DNA of 42,545 nucleotides from NCBI RefSeq assembly GCF_001194135.2, contig NC_068990.1:9212644-9255188 (forward strand). The letters are read 5' to 3'. The notes beneath the pieces were generated by a model. That model did no database searches. It was not told the origin of the DNA and saw nothing but the letters and a program-made list of their open reading frames with translations. The translations under genes were made by a program, and so were the position numbers. Positions 1-11,842 of the stretch are shown piece after piece; position 1 is the stretch's first letter; each line of letters opens with the position of its first letter. This stretch comes from Octopus bimaculoides. Its lineage: Eukaryota.

Positions 1-19
1 TATATATATATATATATAT

Positions 20-1092
20 CTACTTTTGCTGTTTCATTCAATTATGTTTACCCGAAATCCCAAAGAATATTCCTCTCCCTCGTGTTGTATTTACTGCCTG
101 CCCACCTAACTCTGACCCCTCTCTCTCTCTACCTCTTTCTCTCTCTTTATCTCTCTCTCTCTCTCTCTACCTCTCTCTCTCTCTCTCTCTCTTCAATTTA
201 TCACTACTGTTTCTTTAAATTATGTTTTCCAAAATCCCCAAAAATATTTTTCAATTCTATCTCACGATTTCGGCATTCGCTATTGCATTAATTATGTTAC
301 CCAAATTTTATCTTTTCTACCTCATTCCTGTATTCCTGTTTCTGCATAGATCATCAACCACCCCCTTTCGTTCTTTATTAACTATCTATTTTTTTACCAT
401 GTAAACATAGTCCCGATAGCTTCGTCTTCCTTGTTTGTCTTAAGTTCGTGCAAATCCGTTGTCGCATTTTATTTATTTTATTCAAGTTTATCATTTTGGT
501 AATTCATTCTCTCTAAATTTGTCTACCATAGTATACAAGTGCAGAAGATGCTCTCGTGTAAACTCGTCGGCATTTGCTGTTCCATTAAATTATGTTTTCC
601 AAAATCCTCAAAAATATTTTTCAGTTCTATCTCATGATTGCAGCATTTGCTGTTGCATTAATTATGTTACCTAAAATCCCAAAGAATATTCTTCCTCATG
701 CTGTATTCACTGCCTGTCCACCTAACTCAGACCCCTCTCTCTCTCTGCCTCACTGTCTCTCTGTCTCTCACCACCTAATTCGCCAACCCTAACCCTAACT
801 CTATATAAACCAGTGAAATGCGCTGTTTCCCTACTCGATTTTCAATTCCTCTGCTGATAGAATACGAACTTCAGAAGATGATCAGATAAGAAATTTTATC
901 TTTTCAACCTCGTTCATGTACTCCTGTTTCTGCATATATCATAGCCCTTCCCCCTTTCGTTCTTTATTAACTATCTATTTCTTTACCATGTAAACATAGT
1001 CCCGATAACTTCGTCTTCCTTGTTTGTCTTAAGTTCATGCATATCTGTTAATTGTCACGTTTTATTTATTTTATTCAAGTTTATCATTTCGT
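20..1092. repeat. Mosaic tandem repeat block, probably from a non-autonomous element
   Basis: Diverged internal duplicates: about 303-497 vs 891-1088, 25-130 vs 646-745, 212-300 vs 583-670, with a recurring aattatgtt...aaaatccc...aaatatt subunit. Confidence 0.75.
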
Positions 1093-1094
1093 TA

Positions 1095-1120
1095 ATTTTG
1101 AGTTCGATTCCAGGCAGTCA

Positions 1121-1180
<60 letters not shown>

Positions 1181-1357
1181 CATCAAAAAATACCTTAGGA
1201 ATGAGAACCCAGGTTCGAAATTTCCCCAAGACACCTGATGAAGGCTGGAGGGTACATCAGCCAAAACATTGTGTTAACAACAAACAAGATGAAGACAAAT
1301 ATCCGTCCAATGTAAATAATGTGCATAATTCCTCATCTCTTAAATATAGAACTGTAT
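1095..1357 (+). mobile_element. Short Penelope-like pseudo-LTR/non-autonomous element with (AAT)n tract and a type I hammerhead motif
   Basis: (AAT)n at about 1125-1175, then a hammerhead-like core at 1230-1275. Minimal type I hammerheads are a known hallmark of Penelope-like elements. Confidence 0.5.
1230..1275 (+). ncRNA. Type I hammerhead ribozyme relic (probably inactive)
   Basis: gacac-CTGATGA-a-ggctg[gagggtacat]cagcc-AAAA-c-ATT-gtgtt. Stems I and II pair, but GAAA reads AAAA and ACGT reads ACAT. Confidence 0.7.
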
Positions 1358-1708
1358 TGACAAATTTTTTCTTATCTCCTTCCCCTCTAGCTAAGTAAAC
1401 CTGTCTCCTAGCTTACCTTCTGGCTATCTGATACAGTTCCCTACTAACACCACACTTCCAGGCCTCCCATGCCTGTTTCTTTTCTCTAATGACCCTGTCA
1501 ACTACATTGTTCCACTCCACATTACGTTAGGTTGAGAGGGGACTTTGTACCAGCCATAGATCTGGTCAGTAGCCCTCAACAGGTTGCCCTGTAGGAACCT
1601 TCAGTTGTCCTCCACATTATGTGATGCAATGTCCTCCTCCTTTTCATCCAAAGCTTCAACTAATACATCTCTAAATCTCTGTTCCTTCACAAGATCCTTA
1701 AGCTTCCA
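1358..1708 (-). pseudogene. RTE-clade LINE ORF fragment (endonuclease-RT linker)
   Basis: Minus strand reads WKLKDLVKEQRFRDVLVEALDEKEED...LLRATDQIYGW...WNNVVDRVIREKKQAWEAWK...LYQIARR*ARRQVYLARGEGDKKKF, with stops and a frameshift. Confidence 0.75.
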
Positions 1709-1722
1709 AGAGGATCCTTAAG

Positions 1723-1782
<60 letters not shown>

Positions 1783-3028
1783 TACATGCATGAATGTAAA
1801 TGTGTGTGTGTCATATTTGCATTTTCATGCATGAATTGGGTGAGATTTATTGAGGTAAATGTCTATTGCTGGGTACCCTATCTCTTATCTATATCTTATT
1901 GTTGAATAATAACATGTTTTCCATTTCAGTGGCTTTCAGTGCCAAAATTACAATGTTTCTGAGCATTTTGTGTATGGGGAATGTAAACAGATGTCACTGC
2001 TATTTATTCAGTAATGAATGCAACAAACACTCACACATTGAAATGTAAGCAAACGCACACACAATGTGTATGTGTGTGTGCGTGTGTCTAAGAAAACTAA
2101 GCTCATCATTAATTGGATGCACAAGCCTACATACGTTCCTTTTATGCAGATGCATAGCAAAATATATAAACAAACAAGTAAGTTAGGAATAAATTAAAGA
2201 TAGGATATTTACCTTAATTAATTAGAAAAAAATAAATGAAGTGAGGCCTAATTGTGAAACTGATCAACAGGAAGTTTCTAGAAATCTTTGGCAATTAAAA
2301 TGTAGAAAAATGAATGAATAGGAGGATTAAAGATTACTTTAAGAGAAGTGAAAATTTTTGGAGATATGGTGAAGATATGGTTGAGATTTAAAATTATCTG
2401 GTTTACAGAAAAATACACAGCAAACTTATATGCACACATAAATATGTTCCTCATATACATGGAAATATATATATATATATCTGGCCGTAAAGCCTTTTCT
2501 GTTTGTTTTCCTGTCTTGTTTTTTGTCCGCCACTACATTCCTCCATGGCTAGATTTAATTTGCGTATACAGATTTAATCTGCGATCCATGGGACGAGCCG
2601 TTTTAACGTTGCGTCCTGCCCGAAGCTCGTCGAAACGCCGGTGTTAAAACGTGGGTAGCTGATGAAGTAGAATGTTCTCTATGTGGCTCGTGTGTTCTCG
2701 TCTACGTTTGTTTGCAATGTCCTGTACCCAGATATGCACCTATACATACAGGTGGATGTCGGTATGCACATACCTGTACGTATATATGCATATACTCATT
2801 TACTTTTATATATATNNNNNNNNNNNNNNNNNNNNNNNNNNNNNNNNNNNNNNNNNNNNNNNNNNNNNNNNNNNNNNNNNNNNNNNNNNNNNNNNNNNNN
2901 NNNNNNNNNNNNNNTATATATAAATATGCATTCATATATACAAATGTACATGAACTTATTGGGAAAAGTTAATGCCAACATGCATGAAGAAGTATTCAAA
3001 TGCATACACACTCACACACATCATTGCT

Positions 3029-3285
3029 AGTGCCGCTGGACTGGTTCCTGTGCAGGTGGCATGTAAAAAACACCATTTGAGCTTGGCCGTTGCCAATACT
3101 GCCTGACTGGCCCTCGTGCCGGTGGCATGTAAATGCACCCACTACACTTTTGGAGTGGTTTGCATTAGGAAGGGCATCCAGCTGTAGAAACTCTGCCAGA
3201 TCAGATTGGAGCCTGGTGCAGCCATCTGGTTTGCCAGTCCTCAGTCAAATCGTCCAACCCATGCTATCATGGAAAGCAGACGTTA
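3029..3285 (+). mobile_element. SINE family 3 (RTE-type tail), 3' portion
   Basis: ...ggaagggcatccagctgtagaaac...ccaacccatgctatcatggaaagcagacgtta. Diverged reverse copies at 8364-8610 and 17923-18124. Confidence 0.7.
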
Positions 3286-3747
3286 TATTTACACACACAC
3301 ACGTATACACACATACATATATCTTGTAATAATAAACACTGAAAATGGAATTGATGTTTTGAATTTTACACAACATACACGTGTTTCAGTAAACTGACTG
3401 TCATTATTTTGAAAGATGATTAGCCAAGTGGTGTGAATACAATATTCCAACTTCTCTAGGTTTACAGTGAAAAATACAAAGCTCACGCCTATCCGTTTAT
3501 ATGTTTCAAGCAGATAGATACTCACTCATATACTCACATCTGCATCCGTTTATATACATACAGTAGAGAGGAGAGAGGAATATGAAATAACTCTAAGGCA
3601 ATATAGTTCAGTGATAACAACAGCAATAATCACAATAATAGCAACTACAGTACAAACTGTTAGTGGCATATATCATATATTGTTTGTTATTATCGAAGGT
3701 CATGTCTGTTCTGTTGTTAAACATTTGGTTTTGTCTTTTACTTTCAG

Positions 3748-3838
3748 GAATGGAGACATGCCCATGGTATGCGATGCCTTGGAATCCCTAACACTGCTCA
3801 TTTTGCCAATGTCACTCTTATTGAAGATGCCTTAGCTT
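3748..3838 (+). CDS. SF3A3: SF3A3 (splicing factor 3A subunit 3, SAP61/Prp9) internal coding exon, 91 nt, end of the U1C/matrin-type zinc finger
   Basis: ttttactttcag|GAATGG...GCTT|gtaagt. Translates [30 protein letters not shown] plus 1 nt, nearly identical to recalled human SF3A3 [30 protein letters not shown]. Upstream exons not found, so presumably left of the window. Confidence 0.97.
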
Positions 3839-3914
3839 GTAAGTACTCAGTATTTATTGATTCAGTCATTGCTGTTATATATTCACATACTTCAACGTCT
3901 CATTCATCTGGCTG

Positions 3915-4335
3915 TCATTGATGTTTAGCCCCAGGTCAGCCCTGAACGAGTCTACCTTTTTATCAAATGTATTTCACACATGACTTAACCATCCTCTTTT
4001 CTTTAGAGAGTTGGATAATTTAGCCCTGACTGAGTGCACTTATGATCAATGGCATTCCAACCATGACTATCTTGCCATTTTTTGTACATCTTAGACCACG
4101 CTGTCTGATGTGTCCTCCCATTTCTTAAGACAACTTGCAATATGGAGGAATTTGCCTGCTATTTCAAGCAAGTCAGGTGTGCTCATAAAGGCTTTCTAAT
4201 TGGCTCCAGCAGATCTATGATCATAGGCATTCCAGCTGTGACTATCCTGCCTTTTGTTCAAATGTAATGTTTCTAATGTGTCCTGTTTTCTTTAGATGTT
4301 GAGGTTGTGATTTGAGTAAGATTTGGTTGATGTTT
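3915..4335. repeat. Interspersed repeat with about 176-bp internal duplication
   Basis: tatgatca..ggcattcca.c..tgactatc.tgcc occurs at about 4041 and 4217. A related atttggctgttatttccagcag motif occurs near 30916. Confidence 0.5.
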
Positions 4336-4565
4336 CGAATAAGTTACATATGAACATACCACTATAATTTAATTATAACTACTGTACTGTTAAGTGGATG
4401 ACAGACATGTAGTCTTCCTTTTAGTGATAATGTTTCCCAAAGTTGAGTGAAGAAAATATCTTGGTTAGGAATCCCACAACATGCCTTTTGTGGTGTGAAA
4501 CTCTCATGCATCAGCTAGGAGCACACTATTTTAACCTCTCAGCTTTTAGATCTCCATGGTTAACA

Positions 4566-5250
4566 TTAACCCATTACCTACCAGTGATCTCATATGAGAT
4601 CACTTAAAAATTACAAATTTCATAATTATTTGTCAATATTTACACATATCTAACCTTTTTGCTATATCTACTAGGTATATTTCTCTGATATTCAAATGAG
4701 GTTTGCTAATTTTTTCACCCAATATCTCACTTATTTCAATTTAAAATGTTATTTTGATCATTCCAGCATGTTTCTAAGGCTGTTTTATGCTAGAAATCAA
4801 ATAGGCGCAGGAGTGGCTGTGTGGTAAGTAGCTTGCTTACCAACCACATGGTTCCGGGTTAAGTCCCACTGCGTGGCACCTTGGGCAAGTGTCTACTACT
4901 ATAGCCTCGGGCCGACCAAAGCCTTGTGAGTGGATTTGGTAGATGGAAACTGAAAGAAGCCCGTCGTATATATGTATATATATATGTATGTGTGTGTGTG
5001 TGTTTGTGTCTGTGTCTGTGTTTGACCCCCCCACCAACGCTTGACAACCGATGCTGGTGTGTTTATGTCCCCGTAACTTAGCGGTTTGGCAAAAGAGACC
5101 GATAGAATAAGTACTAGGCTTCCAAAGAATAATTCCTGGGGTCGATTTGCTCGACTAAAGGCGGTGCTCCAGCATGGCCACAGTCAAATGACTGAAACAA
5201 GTAAAAGAGTAAAGAGTTTCATAATAGAATTATGGGAGGTAATAGGTTAA
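4566..5250. mobile_element. TTAA-flanked (piggyBac-like) non-autonomous element interrupted by a SINE
   Basis: Left TTAAcccattacctacc and right ggaggtaataggTTAA form imperfect terminal inverted repeats. Confidence 0.55.
4804..5216 (+). mobile_element. SINE family 1 (tRNA head, CORE-like segment, TA/TG microsatellite, LINE-like tail), full length
   Basis: A-box-like tggctgtgtggtaag, B-box-like gggttaagtccc, ccttgggcaagtgtc, tail ggtgctccagcatggccacagtcaaatgactgaaacaagtaaaagag. At least eight related copies in the window. Confidence 0.9.
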
Positions 5251-8200
5251 AGCACATCCAGGAGCGCTGTGAGGGGTTGGATTGGGAGAAGTTTCTCCAG
5301 TTTCCTTCCACCTGTCTAGATATTACCATAGAGTGTGCAAGTCATTTGTTCTTGATGCTGTTTAAGCCGATGTTGAAAAGTATTACAATGGTAATCACTG
5401 TGTCTTTAGGAGTATTTAGAACTATACTATTTAATGTGTCCTTTCTGTTTTGTTTAAGAAAGTAAGTTGTGATTCAACAAGTGGTGTGGCTTCTCTTTCT
5501 AGCAGATCAAGCAACCATGTAATAGCTACTTCTTTTACTTCAGAGATGAGTTAGGGTAAGAGGGATATTATCCATTTAGTTGTCCATTTGAGTATTGGGT
5601 GATAAGTGTGAGGGAAAATAAACAACAATAAAACTAGCCAATGTGGCTTTGTAATGAAACACGTTAAAAGCAAGTGTGAAAACAGTGTGTTTATCTCTAG
5701 CAATGTTTTCCATTGTTGTAAGTAAATAAGCTTTTTATCTTCATCTTTAGTGAAATACCAACCAGACATATTTCTGGTTACTCATTGAGTAGTGGCCCTT
5801 GATAGTTTTCTATAGTCTAAACAATCATGGGCTGGCAGGACATTCTGAATGGCATATCTAACAAAAACTGACTATGAATCTTTCTAGTTATGCAGCCTGC
5901 TTCATGATGAGCCATGTCTCATGTGGCCCACTTCTAGGAAAAGGTTGTCCATGCCTGATGTAGACTATAGTCTCATCTCTAGGTGTACTCTACTGAGTAA
6001 ACACTCAGACATTTGGGTGTAATATAAATATTTCATAAATAGGCTACTGCTTTACATCCAGAGTAGAGATAGACCTCCTTTTATATGTCATACTGGTCGA
6101 TATGAAGTAACATTGTAGAGCTTTTGGTATCTATTTTCCAATGGTAGGTGGAATAAGTGTGCACAAAATGACTAAGTGCCTTATCAAATACTTTGCAAGT
6201 TTTTTGCAGTGGATTTTTTTGTGGCACATTCAGAGATGGAAGAGTGCTACCTCTGATATTTCACTTGGCCCCTGAAACTGCTACAATGTAAAGGAGGAAG
6301 ATAAACCTTAGCTTATTGGCTTTGAAGAACATCTGCAACAGAGTAGACTCACCTTTATTCCCAACAGCTGGGTGACTAAGGCAATTAGAACTCTGTTCTC
6401 TTCATGTGGTACATAATGTATTATGTTGAGCTTCTTGTTTAATATATTCATTTCACAATTTCAAGTTTACTTTCCGTATATGTGAACTTTCCAATAGTTT
6501 TAGAAGTTAGATTCGTTATTTCTAATTCAGAATTTCAATGTTATTCATTATGATATGGAAATCTGAAAGACTGGGTTATTACAAAACTCAGACAACCATT
6601 TGTAGACTGTTTGCTTAGGGCATACAAAGTCTGGATGCTAATGTTTAAAATTCCTCTGTGATGTACAGAATAAGCACTGTGTAAATATGTGGGATAATTG
6701 CGAAACGAATAGTCATTACTCTGTAATGCAAAGACACTGCTTTTCTAGTTGTTTTATGCTTTGGTTTACAATAATTTCATTTTTTAAATTCATAATTTAA
6801 AACAAAACAAAACTGTCGTAAATTACTAATATAAACTATAAATTAGGAGATAATTTAATGTATAAATATAATTAATGTTTTGGAGATTAATGTGAAATAT
6901 GACTATAATTCTATTACAAACTCAGTCAATATAAGGATTTTTCTTCATTAGGCATAATAGAAGACTGACTGAAGTTGATTTAATCAAAATTAATATATTA
7001 GTGGTATTTATTTTATCAACCTTGGTAGGATTTCAACTTAATAATAAGATGTCTAATTAGATTAATAAAAAAATATCTTTCTAGTCAGGCACAAATTCAA
7101 TCATCAAGACTAATGCAATGAAATATAAATGGCTTTATAATGTCTTAATGTTTGAGAACATTTATTAAGCTTACAATCGTATCAACATGACCTTTGGGAT
7201 AATAGTGTTGCTAAGCTTTAGTTTAGAAAAAAAAAAAAATAGGTCCCTGACTATTAGACTTTGGACAGATTAAAAACTTACTGCTTAGTTCTACGTCACT
7301 TTCAAACTGGAATCTTATATCATAGGACCAAGGGTGGTTTAAAGTGGGGCATAAAGGTTAACTTGTATAAAATAACTGCTCAAATTCATTGGTCAGCCAT
7401 TTTTACGCTAGAAAGAAAGCAAGGCCCATCTCCTCAAGAATGTCTTTTTTTTAATTTAATTAATTTATTTATTTTCTTTAATGAGGTTGAAATATGTTGT
7501 ACAGAAGATAAAATAACTTCACTGACATTCTTTTCCTATATTACAAAAATTGTTTAGTTATCTTTATTTTAGACTCAATTCTTTAGCTGCATTCTGTCAA
7601 TTCATGGTCAAAACAGGGTTAAACATATGCACTAACACTGACCTTACACTCTCTGATAAACTTTTCAGGAACGATGACACATTTCTCACATAAAGACAGA
7701 TACACAAATATATTTTGTGTATCTATCAAACCTGAGGCTAAATAACTACAGCCTTTGACCCATTCCTAAATTGGCTCCTTGGGCTAGTGTCTTCTAATGT
7801 AGTCTTGAGTAAACCAAATTCTTCAGAGTGAAGTTGAAGAACTTTGTGTCCTTCAGCTATGTGTGTGAGCAAAAGAATATGGAAATTGATGCCTGAAACA
7901 AAATATCTTATATTTGGTTTCTCGAATTTAGTTTTTATACCCTGAAATCAACTTCATTTTTCTCCTTAATTCAAATAAGTTTTAGAGAAGGTATTAGGAT
8001 CTGCTTGATCAAACTAAAGCCCTTCAAGGCCGTACCCCTTGTTGGGGTTCAACAAAGTCCAGCAACTGAGACCAGTAAAAGATTTAGAATAATGAAGGAA
8101 TATAACCGGTGTTATAGTAATAGTAGAAGTTGCTGTATGGGCTAGTATATATCTGGGTGTAGAAGGTTGGTGAGAGAGTAGTTGGCTGTTGGTTAGATAG

Positions 8201-8363
8201 TCTTTTTTTTGTTGTTTTTGTTGCAGTCTGGTGTGTTGTTTAACCTGATGTCAGCCTTCATTGTTTCAAATACAAATGATGTGTATAGTCATCTTGGTTG
8301 ATGAGTTGTATTCTGCAAATTTAGTCGAAACCCTTTTGATAACTTTACTACAGTTTGGTTGTA

Positions 8364-8610
8364 ATCATTATCATCATCATCATCATCAACAACTTTTAAT
8401 GTTCATTTTCCATGCTGGCATGGCTTGACAGAAACTGACTGGGTCAGGAGCTGCATCAGGTTCCGTAGTCTATTTTGGCTTGGTTTCTATGGCTGGATGC
8501 CCTTCCTAAAGCCAACCAATTTATAATGTATCGAGTGTTTTTTATGTGGCACCATCACCAGTGCGTTTTATGTGGCACCAGCAGCCACACCTATGCTTTT
8601 TTATGTGGCT
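8364..8610 (-). mobile_element. SINE family 3, diverged copy
   Basis: (cat)n tail, ttttccatgctggcatg, ggctggatgcccttccta: reverse complement of the 3029-3285 motifs. Confidence 0.65.
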
Positions 8611-8947
8611 CTTTGGTTTTAGGATCTTAATTCTGTTGTGGTGAGAGATAAAAAAAAAGTCTTGCTGGTGGTGCAATGCACAATGGCATTTTCTTTTCAC
8701 CCTTATACTCATTTGCAAGCATTCAATTATAGGTGAATATATCCATGCTTGTTATGTGACTTCTTCTAGGAAATATCTGTTACAAATGGACAGTTGAGGG
8801 CTTTGAGGATAAACTTACTGAAGACAACTTTTTTTTTAACCTGTGAACTCCTTTGATTCCTATTTTATTCAGGTGGATCCCAATAACCATTCCATGTTTA
8901 AAATATCATATTTTTATAGTTAAATTGTTAAGAATTGTATTGAAAAA

Positions 8948-9168
8948 TTACTCTTTTACTCTTTTCATTCATTTGACTGTGGCCATGCTAGAGCACCGCC
9001 TTTTTTAGTCGAGCTAATCGACCCCAGGACTTATTCTTTGTAAGCCTAGTACTTATTCTATCGGTCTCTTTAGCCGAACTGCTAAGTTACGGGGACATAA
9101 ACACACCAGTATCGGTTGTCAAGTGATGTTGGGGGGACAAACATATACATACACATACATATATATAT
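8948..9168 (-). mobile_element. SINE family 1, 5'-truncated
   Basis: Reverse complement of the 3' half of the 4804-5216 copy. Confidence 0.85.
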
Positions 9169-9183
9169 CCCACAGAAGTAAAT

Positions 9184-9455
9184 TAGTGGTTCTCAACTAA
9201 TTTAGATCAGTGGGATCCATATGCCCCTTAGGGATCCATATGAGTTTATTGTTAAAATTTTTTGTGCAATAAATTGCTTATATTTCTAAAATACAAGACA
9301 TTTTAATTTTTTAAATGCAATTCCTAATTATGTTTTATTTATGAAAATACAGTAAATTTTTATTTTTTTATTTTATATATACACTGAATGTTTATTAGGG
9401 TCCAGTTGAGTAAAATAGGAACCAAAGGGGTCCAAAAAATGGTTGAGAAACACTA
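9184..9455. mobile_element. hAT-like MITE
   Basis: TIRs tagtggttctcaac / gttgagaaacacta around an AT-rich core. No clear 8-bp TSD. Confidence 0.6.
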
Positions 9456-9866
9456 GTTTAGATGAATAAAAACCTTCCCCAACGCTACACAATTTTCTTC
9501 TATAAAAAACCTAAAACCAAAATGGAAGTTTTGTTACTTCCCATGATAGGCAACCTTAGTCCCTCCTTTCTGTACATTACATTTCGTTTCTTTTTTCTCT
9601 AATTTTATATGTTTCCTATGCCATTACTCTGATTTGATCTTTTAACCCATACTGAACCATTATCAACTGCTGTTTCTTATCTACATAATAAAACAGTAGA
9701 CTCTAAATTTCCTCATTTAGAAGTTTCATTTATCATCATTACCATCACCACCACCACCACCACTATTAGCATCAACATTATTCATATCATTATCATTTTA
9801 AGAAAAGATTTATAGAATGTTTAGCTGCTGGTATATATATATATATATATATATATATCTCGATGT

Positions 9867-10255
9867 NNNNNNNNNNNNNNNNNNNNNNNNNNNNNNNNNN
9901 NNNNNNNNNNNNNNNNNNNNNNNNNNNNNNNNNNNNNNNNNNNNNNNNNNNNNNNNNNNNNNNNNNNNNNNNNNNNNNNNNNNNNNNNNNNNNNNNNNNN
10001 NNNNNNNNNNNNNNNNNNNNNNNNNNNNNNNNNNNNNNNNNNNNNNNNNNNNNNNNNNNNNNNNNNNNNNNNNNNNNNNNNNNNNNNNNNNNNNNNNNNN
10101 NNNNNNNNNNNNNNNNNNNNNNNNNNNNNNNNNNNNNNNNNNNNNNNNNNNNNNNNNNNNNNNNNNNNNNNNNNNNNNNNNNNNNNNNNNNNNNNNNNNN
10201 NNNNNNNNNNNNNNNNNNNNNNNNNNNNNNNNNNNNNNNNNNNNNNNNNNNNNNN
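9867..10255. other. Assembly gap (others at 2816-2914, 21654-21771, 22829-23473, 31302-31320, 35867-35912, 39052-39210)
   Basis: Runs of N. Confidence 1.
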
Positions 10256-10298
<43 letters not shown>

Positions 10299-10333
10299 CA
10301 CATATACACACATACATATATGCTTATATATGC

Positions 10334-10370
<37 letters not shown>

Positions 10371-10609
10371 TATGCACGCAGTTTCACCAATATGCAAATG
10401 CCCAGTTACAAAATCATACTCTTCATACATAAAGGATTGATGTGGAAAAAAAAAAAAAAGAAAATGGTGTGTGTGTGTGTGTGTTGATTCTGAGTTTGCT
10501 TTTCTAAAATTTGGATGCAGCTTGGAAGATATTTACCAGAGACATTTTTTAAACTAAATGAGCCACACTGCTTTCTCTCCTTCTTCCCTTTCTTCTCCTT
10601 CCTCCCTCT

Positions 10610-10640
<31 letters not shown>

Positions 10641-10916
10641 ACAGCAATAGACAAGACGTAAACAAAATTAGATTTCGAAATATTTATACACAAAAAAAAA
10701 ACAAGTAAAGAACTATAACTTTATTTATGAATACAATAAAGGCTAAAATAAAATAAAAGACTAACCTATTTATGAAAAATATGGAAAGAAAACTAAAAAA
10801 AAAAATAAAACATTAAAAAAAGAAAATAACTAGAAAAGAAAAAGAGGAACAAAAGATTCTTTCCAAACTATAAATTTTTGGTTTTTTATTTTCGAAATTT
10901 ACTTATTTACATCTTG

Positions 10917-10951
<35 letters not shown>

Positions 10952-11284
10952 TATCTGAAGCAAGGCGTAATATTTCTGGCACCTAATGGTACTGCAATGA
11001 ATAGGCGGAATGTAATGAGGAAAAGATTTTGAGCGATAATAACAAAACAAACTAAAGTGTGGTGCAAGTAAAGACAATGTAAAGGATCAGTTTTGTTTGT
11101 GAGATTGCATTATTAATTCTGTGTCGTTATTGATAACGAAATATCAAAGTAATGTTCACTATCTTTTTGCTCTGTCTACCCCTCTCTTCCACTTCCTTAC
11201 ACCACCGTCAGCACCACAGGCATTTCATCAGAACATGGTAGTTGTAATAGTAAGTTTGTAATATTGGGCCATAGTAATTGTTTG

Positions 11285-11331
<47 letters not shown>

Positions 11332-11446
11332 GTCGATGGTATTTTTTTCCCTTTTAGTTTCTAAATCTTATTTCTGGTGTAAATTTTCTATTTGGCTTCT
11401 TCAATCTTTCTTCTAAACTTTTGTTCTTTTCCTAGGCGCTCACATA

Positions 11447-11667
11447 TACAAGGGGGTGCTGAAAAGTTCCGGGCTTTAAGGGTATTGGGAAAGGCCTGGT
11501 TGGAGGCCCAACCTTCTGAGTTTTTTTACAGGGTTTAGGAAAACTGAAGGGCTACTGCAATAAGTGTGTGAATCTGAGAGGAGAATATGTTGAATAAAAT
11601 CATAATTAACTGATCTTCCTGTATGTTCTTTTACCCAAAGCCAGGAACTTTTCAGTACCCTCTCATA
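11447..11667 (+). mobile_element. Tc1/mariner-type MITE with TA ends
   Basis: TIRs tacaagggggtgctgaaaagttccgggcttt / aaagccaggaacttttcagtaccctctcata. Second copy at 21813-22040. Confidence 0.8.
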
Positions 11668-11842
11668 CATACATTTCACCCACATCTATCCACTCTTGAA
11701 TGCGCAATATATATATGTGCATGTATGGTAGGCTCTTATATCTATCCATCCATCCATCAGCTAGACAAAATATGCATTTGTGCATCTGTGAATGGTGGGT
11801 ATATAAATCTAAGTAGACAGTCTTATCCATTAAGCAAATTTT

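Noticed and set aside
2477-2500. Peptide SGRKAF resembling SF3A3 RGPKAF of the preceding exon
   Set aside because: There is no upstream CEICGN zinc-finger sequence, no QRHF continuation and no splice sites. It follows a TA microsatellite inside a repeat.
4804-4880. tRNA-like heads of the SINEs as real tRNA genes
   Set aside because: They lack a complete cloverleaf and run into repeat bodies, so they are SINE promoters.
5904-5958. Possible C/D snoRNA (ATGATGA ... CTGA)
   Set aside because: Short, with a weak terminal stem and no recognisable rRNA or snRNA guide complement.
6080-6260. Possible old LINE RT remnant on the minus strand (NVTSYRPV)
   Set aside because: Only one short motif, too degraded to call.
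9793-10440. Long ORFs in the supplied track (174-229 aa here and at 22795-23484, 38800-39280)
   Set aside because: They are translations of N gaps and dinucleotide microsatellites.
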